64,000 nt of DNA. It comes from Ascidiella aspersa. Lineage: Eukaryota. The number at the start of each line of letters is the position of its first letter. The stretch's first letter is position 1. The position numbers were made by a program, and so were the translations under genes. Positions 26,933-39,433 of the stretch are shown here, one piece after another. Location of the stretch: assembly GCA_963924565.1 (NCBI GenBank), contig OZ004612.1, positions 3,348,001-3,412,000 on the forward strand. The letters run 5' to 3'. The notes under the pieces were generated by a model. The model was given only the letters and a program-made list of their open reading frames with translations. It ran no database searches and was not told where the DNA came from.

Positions 26933-27392
26933 ACAGTTGAGCGACCGACGCCTTTTGAGTTCTATATTCCTCAGCTTAGCTTAATTCCCACGCGTTTGGA
27001 GCAGTGGCATTTCTCTTCGATCAGTTACTTTTTCCAATTCTTTCAGCCCTGATTCGACAGAGAATCGCAAATTTCGCCAAGTGCAAACGCGTTCCTTAAT
27101 CTTACGTGCGTTGGGCTAAAAAAATTAAAATTGAAGTTTAATCGAAACAGAGTATCTATCGCCGAAGAACATTTAACAACATTGGTTTTGCTAGATTTCC
27201 AGTTAACAAAGGACTATACTACTTGGTATTTTAACAACTGCATAGATAGCTAAAAACACTTGAAAAACCTCGGTTTAAGTCAGTGTTATGCTCAGCTACA
27301 TTATATGGTGTGTAACCTAATCAAATGTACGGCATTTTTCCACTGTGGCTTTATTGGAACAACTTTTGTAAATACGTACAATAACTTAGTGT

Positions 27393-27993
27393 TAAAAGTT
27401 AAACATTTTATCTTCAATCGCTGCAGTTAAATATTTCAAAATATTGCAAATGATTATAAGAAATACAACAATCTAAATTCAGCACCGATTTTTTCTATTT
27501 TCATACAGCCGTAGTACAAACTTTTTCAATAAATTAACTCATAAGGTTTATATTCAACACCCTACAGTCCAACTACGACTCATCAATTCAGTAAATGACC
27601 CGAAAGAGACGAACAAAAGCGTTAAAACTAGACTTCTAAAGCTAATTAATCAAACGAAATCGTGCCACTGTAGTTTATTGAAAACTTTAGTATAGCGTTG
27701 TGAAGACAAAGGCGAACCATCAACATCGACGTAACATAATAGAAGAAAACAAGTTAGGTACAGTTCCAGTACTAAAAGTTAAACATTTCATCTCCAATCG
27801 ATGCATCAATGTAAACTTTAAACAAAACAACAACTTTTTCTCTTTTCACCCAGTCGTACCACAAATTTGTTCAATAAATTAAACTCGTATTGCCATAAGG
27901 TCTGTATTCAACACCCGACAGTCTAACCACGACTCGCCAATTGAGTAACCGGTCCTTAATAGACGATTACAAAGGCGTTCAAACTCGACTTCT
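27393..27993 (+). repeat. Diverged tandem duplication (~380-bp period)
   Basis: AAAAGTTAAACATTT..TCAATAAATTAA..TATTCAACACC..GACTTCT at 27393-27637 and 27773-27993. Confidence 0.75.
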
Positions 27994-29010
27994 TAGGTGT
28001 GATGCATCATCCCAAGCCTGTCGATAAGAAGCGATGGCGAGGTTGGAGAAAGGCTTGATCTAGCGATTGAATCGATGCGGTTTCTGGCTTGTTCCACGGA
28101 CCCGTGGACTTTACTTAAACACCGCAAAGCTCAAACACGGATCTGCTCGCGGTGGATTTCTCTGTACATTTCGCCTTTGGTGTTTGATGGTGGCTTTTTA
28201 CACAAGCTTATACATTATATATCTCAAAAGGATGCCTGATAGGTTTCACTTTTGATTTCAAGGTTGCGTAAGAGAATTCTACGTTTAAAATGCCTTTCAA
28301 ATTAGAAGCGACACTTTATTTTAAGGTTGTTTATTTTAATTGTTTTATTTTTTGTCCGTTAGTGTTTTTAAAAGTGACTGGCGAATGTAAAATAAAAACG
28401 GAACACTTCTCACAGGTTTTATCGACATCTATTTTTAATTGCATGCGTAGAAAGAACATTTTACCCCCAAAAAGTCATGTGTATAATTTCGTCAGAAACA
28501 TTATAACAACAACTCTTTGGCTCTTGATTAATATGTAGGACCTTATTCGCAACGGTAGTCATCAAATCTAAACTGTTTAAACTCACTGCGCACAAACGTT
28601 TTGCGGTTCTGACCCAGTTGCTTCAAACTGTATAAATAGCTTTAACCGAAACGGGTAACGCCTAAAGGTGTTTGTTAGCGCCAGGTTGAAAATAAACCTG
28701 CTTGAAATAAACTGCCAATTCGCCTTCTCGCCTATATATAGATACAGACTGAATGAGGCAAGTTAATCAAGGTTTTCACCTTATTTTAAGCAAGGTCGAT
28801 TGATTGACGTTTTCGATTACACTTTTTAACCACAGACTGTTACATGGCCGCTTTAAATAAAAGAACAATTTTTTTACCATAACTGTACGAATAAGGATGA
28901 GGTAATCGTGCTCTTGAGCCATAACCCAGATCACTGGCCCTATCAACGTCTGTTTTTCAGTAACACTAAATTTCTCCGCACTAATTGTTAATGACTTTTA
29001 CCCCACCATA

Positions 29011-29108
29011 GTTGAAAATGAATAAAATATATTTGAAACCGTTCAAAATGCCACCTACTTCTGTACGGGCTTTGATATTCTTACTACAACCTCAAGCCAA
29101 TATGCTCC
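29011..29108. mobile_element. MITE family A, right arm
   Basis: GTTGAAAATGAATAAA..CCTACTTCTGTACGGGCTTTGATATTCTTACTAC..TATGCTCC. Confidence 0.8.
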
Positions 29109-30843
29109 AAAACTTACTCAAGTGTTTCTGAAGCTGGGAATTACGACGGTTTTTTAAAGCTTACCAACTAGTTTATCAAACGTGGTTCCGTGGTGAAAAG
29201 CGAAGCGGCGTTTATAAAGCGATCACCCGACAACGGAAATACCGGCAGCCTTTTGCCGTATAGTCAGTAGTCACGGCCTTCTGGTTGGAAACCGCACGAT
29301 AGCAAAATTTCCAACACAGCACTGAACTTGTGACTTGTTGCATATGCCAGGGCGGTTCAACATGTTGATAATGTTTTAGGTATTTTGAAGAGTCATTAAA
29401 CGTTTAAGTTCTTTTAGAAAATGGCTAGATTGTGTTGATTTTGTCTTGCTACAATTTCCAAGCACATTTGCTCACTTTGAAGTACTTTCATATTTTCCGT
29501 TTCAAAGTGTCAGTGTCTTATCGTGAACAAGGTTCATCAGGCGTTTTAGATCACGTTTCACTCTTTCGCTTCAAATACCGCTGGGAGGTTCGTGTGATAT
29601 TCGAAACCGACTCAGTCGGCCGATTAATTTTCTAGAAAACGGGATATTCACTACAGAACAAAGTGAAGTGCCCGACGTTTTGTTCTATTTGGATGCCAAG
29701 TTAAAGCAGGACCTCTATGCATGGTGCCAAAGACTACCGAGCGGAATTTTAATATTCAACCAAAAGAATGCTAATCGAATTTATCTCCAGAATATTCGAC
29801 AATGAAATCAACAACTTAAGCAACAGTAGACTGGAACTCAGGTCCACAAAAGTTTCAAGTCTCCAAGCACACACAGTATGGCAGTGAGACCGAGTTGCAT
29901 TTTCAACGTTAACACATTTAAAGGTTAAGTTGAGAAGACATTCGTTATTCACGTTTTACTTAAACAAAATGCTACATAACAGCTTTGGTTCTGTACTTGT
30001 ACCCAGTGCCAGGTTTTTTCTCTTTTCGCCACTCACGTACAGTTTAGTGCCAACTCATTTCTATAATTTATCATGAGTATTACTTTGCCAGTTAGACTCA
30101 AGTATACCTGGTCGACTGGCAGGCTCCCAGCACATTGCTGTACAGATATTTAAGTCCGATGTAACGATCCCGTATTCTGGCCCGCCACGTCGGCAAGTTG
30201 ATCACAAACCAGCAACAAGGAAATAACGACAAAGGAAATGGTTCGCCTGCTTATTTCACAAGGCTTTAAAGCTAACAGTTCTAACCAATCCAACAGTACC
30301 TACAAGCCATACTGCACTAGTTAGCTTTTCTATTTAAACCTACTTCATATGATGCCAGGTTTTCGATTTTAAAACCTTCCTTTCCAACTTGAAGCTAACA
30401 GTTCTAACAACGCGAACAGGACTTGTTACACTGGCCAGCTATTTCAGACAAAAGTGCTTCTAGATATCTGAAAAACTCTGAATCAAATCGCGAGTTCTTG
30501 TAACTCCCAATTGAGAACTGTTCCAGCCACTTGATCAGAACGCCTACAAAGGTCTTTCCACAAAATTCCTTCGCTCAACAAGTTTTATTCAGTTCTAAAC
30601 TAACTCCAATGAAACACGAAATCAAATAGAAGTCTTGCGTTGATAGCAGTCGCTTTCTAAATCTTAGCAATATTGTGGAACAAATTGTCGTTCACCATTG
30701 CCACCCTATGTTCAGATTTCCAATACAATTGTAAGCTCACACTTGGGAAACACCGTTCCACCGTGTTCGCAACACCAATCGATTTAGGCCCAATAATCCA
30801 TTTATCATATCGATTACATTCGTTCCATCGCGCTTAGCCTAAC

Positions 30844-31250
30844 CTGTACTGACCTTGGAGTTAAACCAGCTCCGTAACCGTGTTGTGCCTGACGACAAAG
30901 CAACACTCCGGGTCTCCAACCTACCCTTCCCTGTCTTTTGGCGAATGAATGAAAACACACAAAATCGCTGCCTCGCCAAACAGCCCAAGCCCGGGCGAAA
31001 AAGAGCGAAGCGCGGCCAAATTCCAGCCGCCTGTAGCGCCTTTTTATGAATGAAAATTCTCCCAACCAGTCAGTCGACCGACAACTGCTCTAGCGCTATA
31101 ATTACGTAAACCGCGGTCTTCGTCCAATAGGCCCCTTTGCCTTGGCGCAATAAAACGACGAGAGAGAAAAAGGCAAAGTGGGCGTTCTTCTCTTTTTATC
31201 ATTTTTTTTATTTTTCTCTCGCTACTTGAGCGTGCGCAGTGGCGCCATCT
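30844..31250 (-). promoter_or_regulatory. Candidate promoter and non-coding first exon of the PH-PDZ gene
   Basis: CpG-rich patch with TATA-like CATAAAAAG (31040-31048, minus), TTACGTAA (31102-31109) and CCAAT (31124-31128). Candidate donors AAG|GTCAGT (30854) and CAG|GTTAGG (30844) lie 3.7 kb upstream of the acceptor at 27116. Confidence 0.35.
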
Positions 31251-33736
31251 AGAAAACACACAGTGCTATTGTGCAGTTATATGGCAGCCGTCTGGCATAG
31301 CACGTTGTACAATTTTTACTCATTTCAAATTGCTGTATTTTTTTATATTCTTAACTGGTGTAAATGGCCACCTGATATAAAAGCAGGCATTCCTTTCGTT
31401 CGTCTTTTTAGGCCTTTTTTGCCGACTGATATTCCATAGTACATTTTACAGAAATTTTCTAATCCATTTACTGGTTTCAACGGCAAAACTCTTGATTATC
31501 AGCTGCCCCTACGTTTACAAGTAGTATTGTGTGGTAAATATTGCGCCTATACCAGTAAAAAAAGGCATTGACCCTTAAATCCAGGTATCTAGCACACAGA
31601 TTTCGTTTGGCGAACAGTTTCATTGCTTGACGGAAAAAAAAATAACTCCAACGCTTGTACTTTTACTTGGATGTAATTTTTGTTATTGCGCCAAAGGGCA
31701 CAAGTTTTCTGTCGCCTTACGTAGGTTTCCATATCTTTAAATAAAGCCCCTCTAACTTTTGTTTGTATTTTCACTTGTACGCAAGGTTAAAAGTAGAATA
31801 ACTTATCTACCGAAACGCGTGGAAACTTTGAGAGATGACGTCACAGAGTTACGTCATAGCGGGACGCCTAAAGAAGTGACCTAAGTAAACACGAGGTTAA
31901 CGTTGGATGTCGTGAACAAATAAGCATCGTGAACTGTCCCGGCTTACTTCCATCACTGCTTATACGTTAGTGCGAGACTACGAGTGTAAGTCCTTATAGG
32001 CTGTAACTGAAATGTAGCCTACGGTTTTGAACACTTCAGCCGATTTCACAGCTAATTTTTCGCAAAAAACTTTGCCGCGAAAAAAAAATGATTTGACGAA
32101 AATCGCTCGCCCTATAGAATTTATACACAGGTATTATCTCAGTTTTCTAAAATAAATATACTGCATGTAAGTTCTTAGTAAAAAGGTTCACTTTTCAATA
32201 CTCCAGCTATTAAAAGTGACCTTTTGTTAAGTTTACCGAACAAAGGAATCCCTTAAATACTTTCTATAGCAGTACGTCTAAAATTAATTTAAACCTATAC
32301 AGCACTTGGTCACACAGGAAGGCCTAGAGAAGGCTAACGGAAATCATTGGGATTTTAAGATTTGCGTAGAAGCAAGGCGAGCGCTTAAAGCTTCCCGTCT
32401 GCTTAAAAATTCCAATTGGACTGCTTTGTTAACGCGTTAACAGCTATGTGTTCCTTAGGCTGGCTGGTTTAAATTCTGAAGTGGCCCATCCCGGCTAAAC
32501 ACAACTTGTATACATTACAAGTTATACTCAAATACGTCATCACAACAGCGTTGAACTTGTTCCGTCATGTACACGGCTTAAAAACTTTGTCAAAACACTT
32601 TGATGCCACTCGAAGGCCGTTTCTCAAAGTCGAGTGGCTTTAGGGCGGTTTTTAGGTCGTTGACAAATACAAGGCTTGTTGACAAATGAAACACCAACAA
32701 TAGGAACCTTTGTAGCAGGAATTCGGGCTGTTTTTAAGGGTTGGTCCGTCCCTGTTTGCACTGTACAGCGATAGGGAAACTCTTGTCTCTATATCCATAG
32801 TAAATAAAGTTCTACCAGGTAAAATCGAATAAAATGCCTCTTTGGTTAAGAAACTACATTTTTCTAGTCAAACGTTACGACTTTTTTCCAGTGTGTTTCA
32901 ATGTTTTCCGTGACCCCTTTCTCAGTTTTACAAAACTTACGCTTCGCAAAATGCTAAGTAAGGACGTAAAGCAGAGCCAATTTAAACCATGCTAAAATTG
33001 ACGACAAAATATACTTTAAATTGTTAATTTAAACCATACTGAAAGAAAAAAAATATAGTTGGAAATTTGTCGAACGCTTTTTAAACTAAATTTCGATGTA
33101 ATTTTTAACAGGAACAAAAAATCACAAAACTTATCGAAGTCTTTGTTATATAATTATATTTGTATTTTCCTGGTTTAACGAATTGTTAAGTTTGACACAA
33201 AATGTTATATCTTGCCTACGAACGGCATAGTCCTTACAATTACCCGACCCTTTATGAACAACGTTTAGCAACCCAGTCAAAATATTAAGTTCATTCTACG
33301 GAATGGCACTATATAAACTTTATTTTTCTCAGGTATTTATACCTCAAACTATATGTTAAACATTTTTGTTTTTCACATATGTCCCTAGTATATACGATCA
33401 TGATATTGTACCAGGCTTCACAATCTATTGTGACGTCATACAAAGGGAGCGCGACATAAGCCCTAAGAAGTAAAAACCGGTTCCCTAAGTTAGATTTCGT
33501 CGAACGGCGAAAATGTCACCTATTTCTCAGAATGCTGTAACTACATACACAGCGAGAAGGTAGATTGATACCAGGGCCGTGAAATTTATTATTCCACTGG
33601 ACACCAGTTTTTAGTTACAAAGATAATAATCTGCAATCACGAAACAAGATCTTTGATCAAAGCGATGGCTTTTCACTCTCCTAAAAGGATAACCACAGCT
33701 GACGCATCAAATGCACTTACAAAATTAAGAGTTTAA

Positions 33737-34121
33737 AGGTTGTAATAAGACGTAGTGAGAACATAAAATCCCATACAGAAGTAAATTTATTACTTTTAAC
33801 ATTTCGAACAACCCTACATTCATTTTTCAAAATATAGACTGTGTTGAAAATGAATAAAGATATATTTCAAACGTTCAAAATGATACCTACTTCTGAAAAA
33901 TTTAGGGGAATTTGCCACCTTTGTTACAACAACTTGCTGGTAGCTTCTTTACTAAGATTATTCCTAAATCAGCGATATCTAACACATAATATATTTTCAA
34001 CCGACATCTTCTTGACCACCTGTATCACAGAGTAAAACACATTCTATGGAGTTTTTGGAACATAGCGGTTGGATGTTTTAGTTAGACGTATAGAGTAGCA
34101 TTTTGATCGTTTTCGAATATC
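33737..34121. mobile_element. Two diverged MITE family A copies (33737-33895 and 34057-34121)
   Basis: Same consensus motifs as the other family A copies, more diverged. Confidence 0.7.
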
Positions 34122-37100
34122 TTTTCATGTGGTATTTGGAGTTTTTATGTCGCACAACTAGCTGGATTTTCTCAAGTGTGACGCAAAATAAGTATCGACG
34201 CCCATTCACAAGCAAGTCACGTTTTGACGTTAAATGACGGCAACATAAAAAGTAAACAAAAGTATGCTAGTATATTGGCTAAACCTTACTACACTGTTGG
34301 TAAGCGCATGAAATAAAATACAACTTTATTAAAATAGAAATAAATGCATTTCAACATAAATGCATTAACATTAAGATCAGTGACAGAATTATTTTCATGG
34401 ATAACCAAAACTTTGATTTATATAAATGAATTGCATTAAACTTGGGTCTTACAATTTCGTTCATAAACTTTATGCTTTAAAGTGGAATTGAAGAAGGCAA
34501 TATTGGTCTACAAAATATAATTAGACATTTACATTTGAATCACCTACACGAAAATTTTGTAATGACAAAAATTCACAAATATAAAGGCGCTAATGCTATA
34601 TATATGACTGCTTTAGGGTACACATTAGAATCACCTAAGTAGGTTTTATAATGACAGCAGTGCGGATATATAGATAAGCGCCATGACTATATGACTACCT
34701 TAGGATACTTAATAGGGTACTTGAAGCGATGAAAGAAGGAGAAATGAAAGATACAAAACACACTATTTCATTGTTGACTATATCGCATTTTGTGGGGTTT
34801 ATCGTACGTCTGTATAGTGTCACTCACTTTGTCTCGCCCAAACCCAAAAAGGCTAATTTCTCTCCAACCGCATTGCCTTTTACGACGTTAAAACACCACA
34901 ATCTCATATTATAGCGCAAATAACAAAATGCCAAATCGTTGTCATCCGTAATTGCGTTTTTGACGCATCGATAGCATATCGATGTTTGTAGTTTGCCACG
35001 AACAATCGATGTCGCAATGAAACGCATTAAATCGAGCGTTTTGCGCGATTTTTAAGTCAAGGCTATACAGGCTTCAATAAACCAGCTTGAACTCATCAAC
35101 AAAATTCAAACGATTTGTCAAGATTCGATTGCGCTCTCAAACTACGTCATCGTAATTTGTCGGTTTTAAATTAACCAACGTCTCAATGATATAAAATAGA
35201 AGTAATTCTCCTTTGGGAAAAACATTTATCATGCATATATTCTATTAGGTGTTTTACGCGCATGCGAATAACATCTGCCTGTCAACCTTTCGAAACAAAA
35301 AAACGCATTTAGATTTTAAATATACCTTTTTAGTGGAAATCAATTAGCGCTCGCGATTTTGTTGAAACACTAGAGTGCTTAGAAACGATATGAGCTTAAT
35401 TTAATTTCCATTTTAATTTCAAACACGGTTAATAAAAACATATTCAGCGCAAAATGCTGTTAAATATGCAAATAATAATGTACCTGAATAAGGATATAAA
35501 CAAAACTATCGAATTCCTTGTCACAAACGTGGCAAAATTTTAATCGCGTTGGTAAATTACGTCATCATTTTTTCGGTTTCTTTATATCTTTCGCTTTAGA
35601 TGTTACGTCAGAGTCGTTGAGTCACCAGCACCTTGCGATGTTGACGTTTTATCGCTCGCAGTTTCTTGTCTGGACCGAAATAATTCCGAGACTCGCCGCT
35701 TACTTACGTACGCAAACACAAATAATGCGGTTTCGGCGTATTTCGTCTGCGCTAAAATAAAATGTCGGCGCGAAAATGTATTTCAGGCGATTCATACCTA
35801 TGCTGAAATGCCCGGTCTTGCTTTTTAATCGTAATATTGTCATGTTTTAACCTTCGCATGTTTTAAGTTCTACGTTATGGCATTTTGTCACTGTTACCTA
35901 ATATGGTCAAACGGCGTAAAATGTGAATCTAGTGCGGTTATTTATTCCGTCAAATAAAACGAACCGGTTTAAAAAACACATGGCGCACCCTCAGAAAAGT
36001 TGTTCAACGTTTTCTTTTATAATACCAGGGTTTATTTCCTGTCTGACGTAATACCTTTAATATAAAGTAAGAAACAAAAACTTTTTACACTAGCCTAGTT
36101 ATTTCGAACGTACTTCAAAATGTAAACGGTTGCGGCCATTTTTGTTGTTCTACTGGCTAATGTGTTCTTGCCACTAAGAAAACTTTGCCAATAAAATTTC
36201 CCATTACTTTTCAAAGTTCAGTGTGCGTGATACCACCCTTTTCTACCTTATTTACCGATAGTGTCTATCTAAAATACCCGGTGTTGCGTTTTAACTGTCG
36301 CCTTTCCATAGGGTAAGTTCTATGTTAAAGGTGTTTCCACTGTTTTCCTAATATAGCCAACTTGTACGCGAACGAATTGAACACAGTCATTTGTGTATAC
36401 AATACAAACAACATTTGACAGTTGCACTAGGAACACATGACGCAGCTCCTTTTTTAATGTATTGCCTTTGCCATTCCAAAGTTATTTCCTGTCTAAAGAC
36501 ATCATTTACCCTTATCAATTTAATATAATTACTTTTTCCGTGGTGAAATTTTTAATATACCCAGACACCATTTTAGATGTTTAAAACCACTAAATACCGC
36601 AAATGATATTACCTGAAAACATGCCTTATCTACACGTTTTTGCTAAGAGAAATACTACAGACGTTTGCATTTTTCGTGTTGTAACTGGATAATCTAACCG
36701 CTGATTAAATTTGTAAATATAGAATCTTATTTTCTCATAAGTTCATTGGAACACCTTTTTCTACCTTTTTTAATTTCTCTTATTCAATTTACTCATAAGC
36801 GCATGAAAAGATACCAACAACTTTATCAAACTTCAAGGATGAAGTAAGAACTAAAGGGTCTCATGTGCATTAAACTATAGTACACAAACGAAAACCTTTA
36901 AAGTTTAAACGAACCTTTCACGACGCCGAATAAAGCAAAGAAACTATTTTTAAATTTAACCAATAGGCGTGTCATGTGTCATGACTGCAATAGATTATAA
37001 CCGATTAAATATTAACCAGTCATGATTGAGTTCCTCAAACTCTGTACCGAAACTTTAACACGTTAAAACGCGTTCGAAGTTTCACGTGGCATTTTGCGCC

Positions 37101-37458
37101 ATTTACATTTTCTCGCCTTACCCTTGAAAAACGTGTGTAATACTGGCTTCGTTATTTGGTTATAAGCACGTTTTTTGAAGGGTCAAAACTGCCATACACG
37201 ATTGGTATTTTGACGCTGCTTGGAAGAATGATTTGCTTGAGAGAATGGAAAATTCCATGAAACTTGTCCTGGCGCAATAAGCTGTGTTTGACGGTTTGTC
37301 CAAGTTAAAGCAACTGGGATTTTCCGTTTGGTAATGGGGTGAAATCCAAGGTTGTTAATTAACATCACAAATGACTTATTCGTTGAAAAACAATTAAAGT
37401 GCTAATTTAAACCCAACATATGTTAAATACTACCGGTCTTAGGGAACAAGATACAGAG

Positions 37459-37978
37459 CAGTGTTTTTCAACCTTTTTTAAAAAAAAGTTCTTCACTTTC
37501 AGGGTTTCTTAGAATAAAATCTAGGCCTTGATACTTTAAGCAGAAACTAGCTCACCCGATTGGAACCTTATTATTACGAGTCTGTTGTTACATAAATAAA
37601 TTAGGCAATGTTTTATGGAACTTAAGTCAATGTTTTATGGAACATTTTTATTTGCACAACACCTGACGGTCTCTTGTGTCAGTGTTTCTCAATCAGGTGA
37701 ATGGTTCGCCCCAGGGTGAATAAAATTTTTGCAGGGTGAACCAACGAAAAGGTGTAAATAAGGGTAAACCGTCTGAAATGGGTGATAGCTTGCGAGCAGG
37801 GCGGATTTTCGGGTGTTCAACCTGTTCAGTGAACAGGTGAGCATTTGCTAAAACAAAGTCCATTCTAATTTTTTCACAAGGGTAAATGAAATCTGAAGAT
37901 AGATGCTACAGGGGTGAACAAAATTAAACAAAAAATTTAAGAAGCACTGTCTTATGGAACACCGGTTGAAAATCACTG
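37459..37978. mobile_element. Nested hAT-type MITEs (outer 37459-37978, inner 37680-37949)
   Basis: Outer TIRs CAGTGTTTTTCAACC / GGTTGAAAATCACTG. Inner TIRs CAGTGTTTCTCAA / TTAAGAAGCACTG with a degenerate 8-bp TSD TCTTGTGT / TCTTATGG. Confidence 0.7.
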
Positions 37979-38316
37979 CTGTAGAAAAAGCAATCGTGTT
38001 TTTTATGCCTTGTTAGTTAGTATCCCGAGAATCGTATCGCTTATGTATCAGCCATAATCCAGTGGTTTTCAAACTGTGTGTCGCGAGAGTTCCTTAAATG
38101 TAACGCTTTTTTGTAATTTTAGAAAATACCTCTTCGAGCGAAATAGGCATGCACGCAAGCAAGCGAGACTTGAATCCGCGATTTACATTAAATAAACCTA
38201 TAATAATGTGCTATGTGGGATAAATATCCCTCCTAATTTAGTGAGAGTGATTGCTAATTTGTATTGAAGATGAATGTCAAAGCCCAAAAGGTCGAGTAAA
38301 TCAGCATCATGTTAAA

Positions 38317-38930
38317 CTAAAGTTCAAATCGTTATAAGCGCGATAACTTTAACGAACATAAGGCAACTGGGTGTTATTATTTTGCAATCGCAAAACACAA
38401 TTTTTTGGGGGTTTTTTAACAAAAGAATAACGTGCCATGTCTTCTGTTACTCTTTCAGTATCACCTTGTCTATTATCTCTGTTGTAATGTAACGTTCGTT
38501 ATACTTAGGCTACAGACAACAGTTCAAATCTAAAGTTCAAATCGATACAGGTTACGCGCGATAACTGTAACGAACATAAGGCAACTGGGTATTATTTTTT
38601 GCAACCGCAAAACATCTCAATTTGGGAATTTTTTAACAAATAATTACGTGTCACGTCTTCTGTTTCTCTTTCACTATAATTTTGTGCATTATCTTTGTTG
38701 TAATGTAACGTTCTACTTAAAGACAACAGTTCAAATCTAAAGTTCGTTATAGGTTAAGCGCGATAACTGTAACAAACATAAGGGAACTAGGTATTTTTTT
38801 TTTGCAAGCCCAATACACCGCAGTTTTGGCATTTTTTTATCAAACGAAGAAACGTGTCCTTTCTCTTTCACAATCACTTTGTCTATTCTCTCTTTTGAAA
38901 TGTACCGTCCGTTAGACATCCAGACAACAG
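38317..38930 (+). repeat. Tandem repeat, 3 x ~210 bp
   Basis: Units start CTAAAGTTC at 38317, 38530 and 38737 and share GCGCGATAACT..AACATAAGG. Confidence 0.9.
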
Positions 38931-39249
38931 ACAATTTCTAGACGACCTGACTCAATTACACCTGCAAACTTCCCTTTAGACACCGGTTAAATCCATTATT
39001 TCAACAAGGGTCTAAGTTAGTCACAACAGAGGCGCTTTAAGTCGGTTAAGAAAAGCTTTCTTGCCTATGAAAGAGGCGAGACTTTAGAGCGTAAGCATTT
39101 TCTCCGCTTTGAGTCACTGCGCTGTCGCGTTACCAAGCGATTGGCTGCCAGTGCGGTCGCCCTTACAAAAGCTGTGTTGTCTTTTTACGCCATTGAAAAA
39201 GCAGCTGGTACTCTGTGCTATTCTCTCCAATTTAAACCTTAATCTTAAG

Positions 39250-39433
39250 CAGGGGTCTGGAATATTTTTGGCTAAGGGAGCCATGAAAGTATATTTTTAA
39301 TTGTATTTTCGTATGAACCATTTACTATATTTCAACATCTAATTTGGGTTGGTAAAAATTTTGGTTCTAATCGTAAGACACTGTCATCAAAATAGCCACA
39401 CCTGGCTCGCGAGCCATGGGTTGCCGAACCTTG
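39250..39433. mobile_element. hAT-type MITE
   Basis: CAGGGGTC.. / ..GTTGCCGAACCTTG termini, internal GGCTCGCGAGCC, and 8-bp flanks ATCTTAAG / ATTTAAAG (6/8 identical). Confidence 0.55.

Noticed and set aside
38317-38930. Possible CRISPR-like or coding repeat array
   Set aside because: Eukaryotic context, whole units are homologous with no unique spacers, and there is no ORF.
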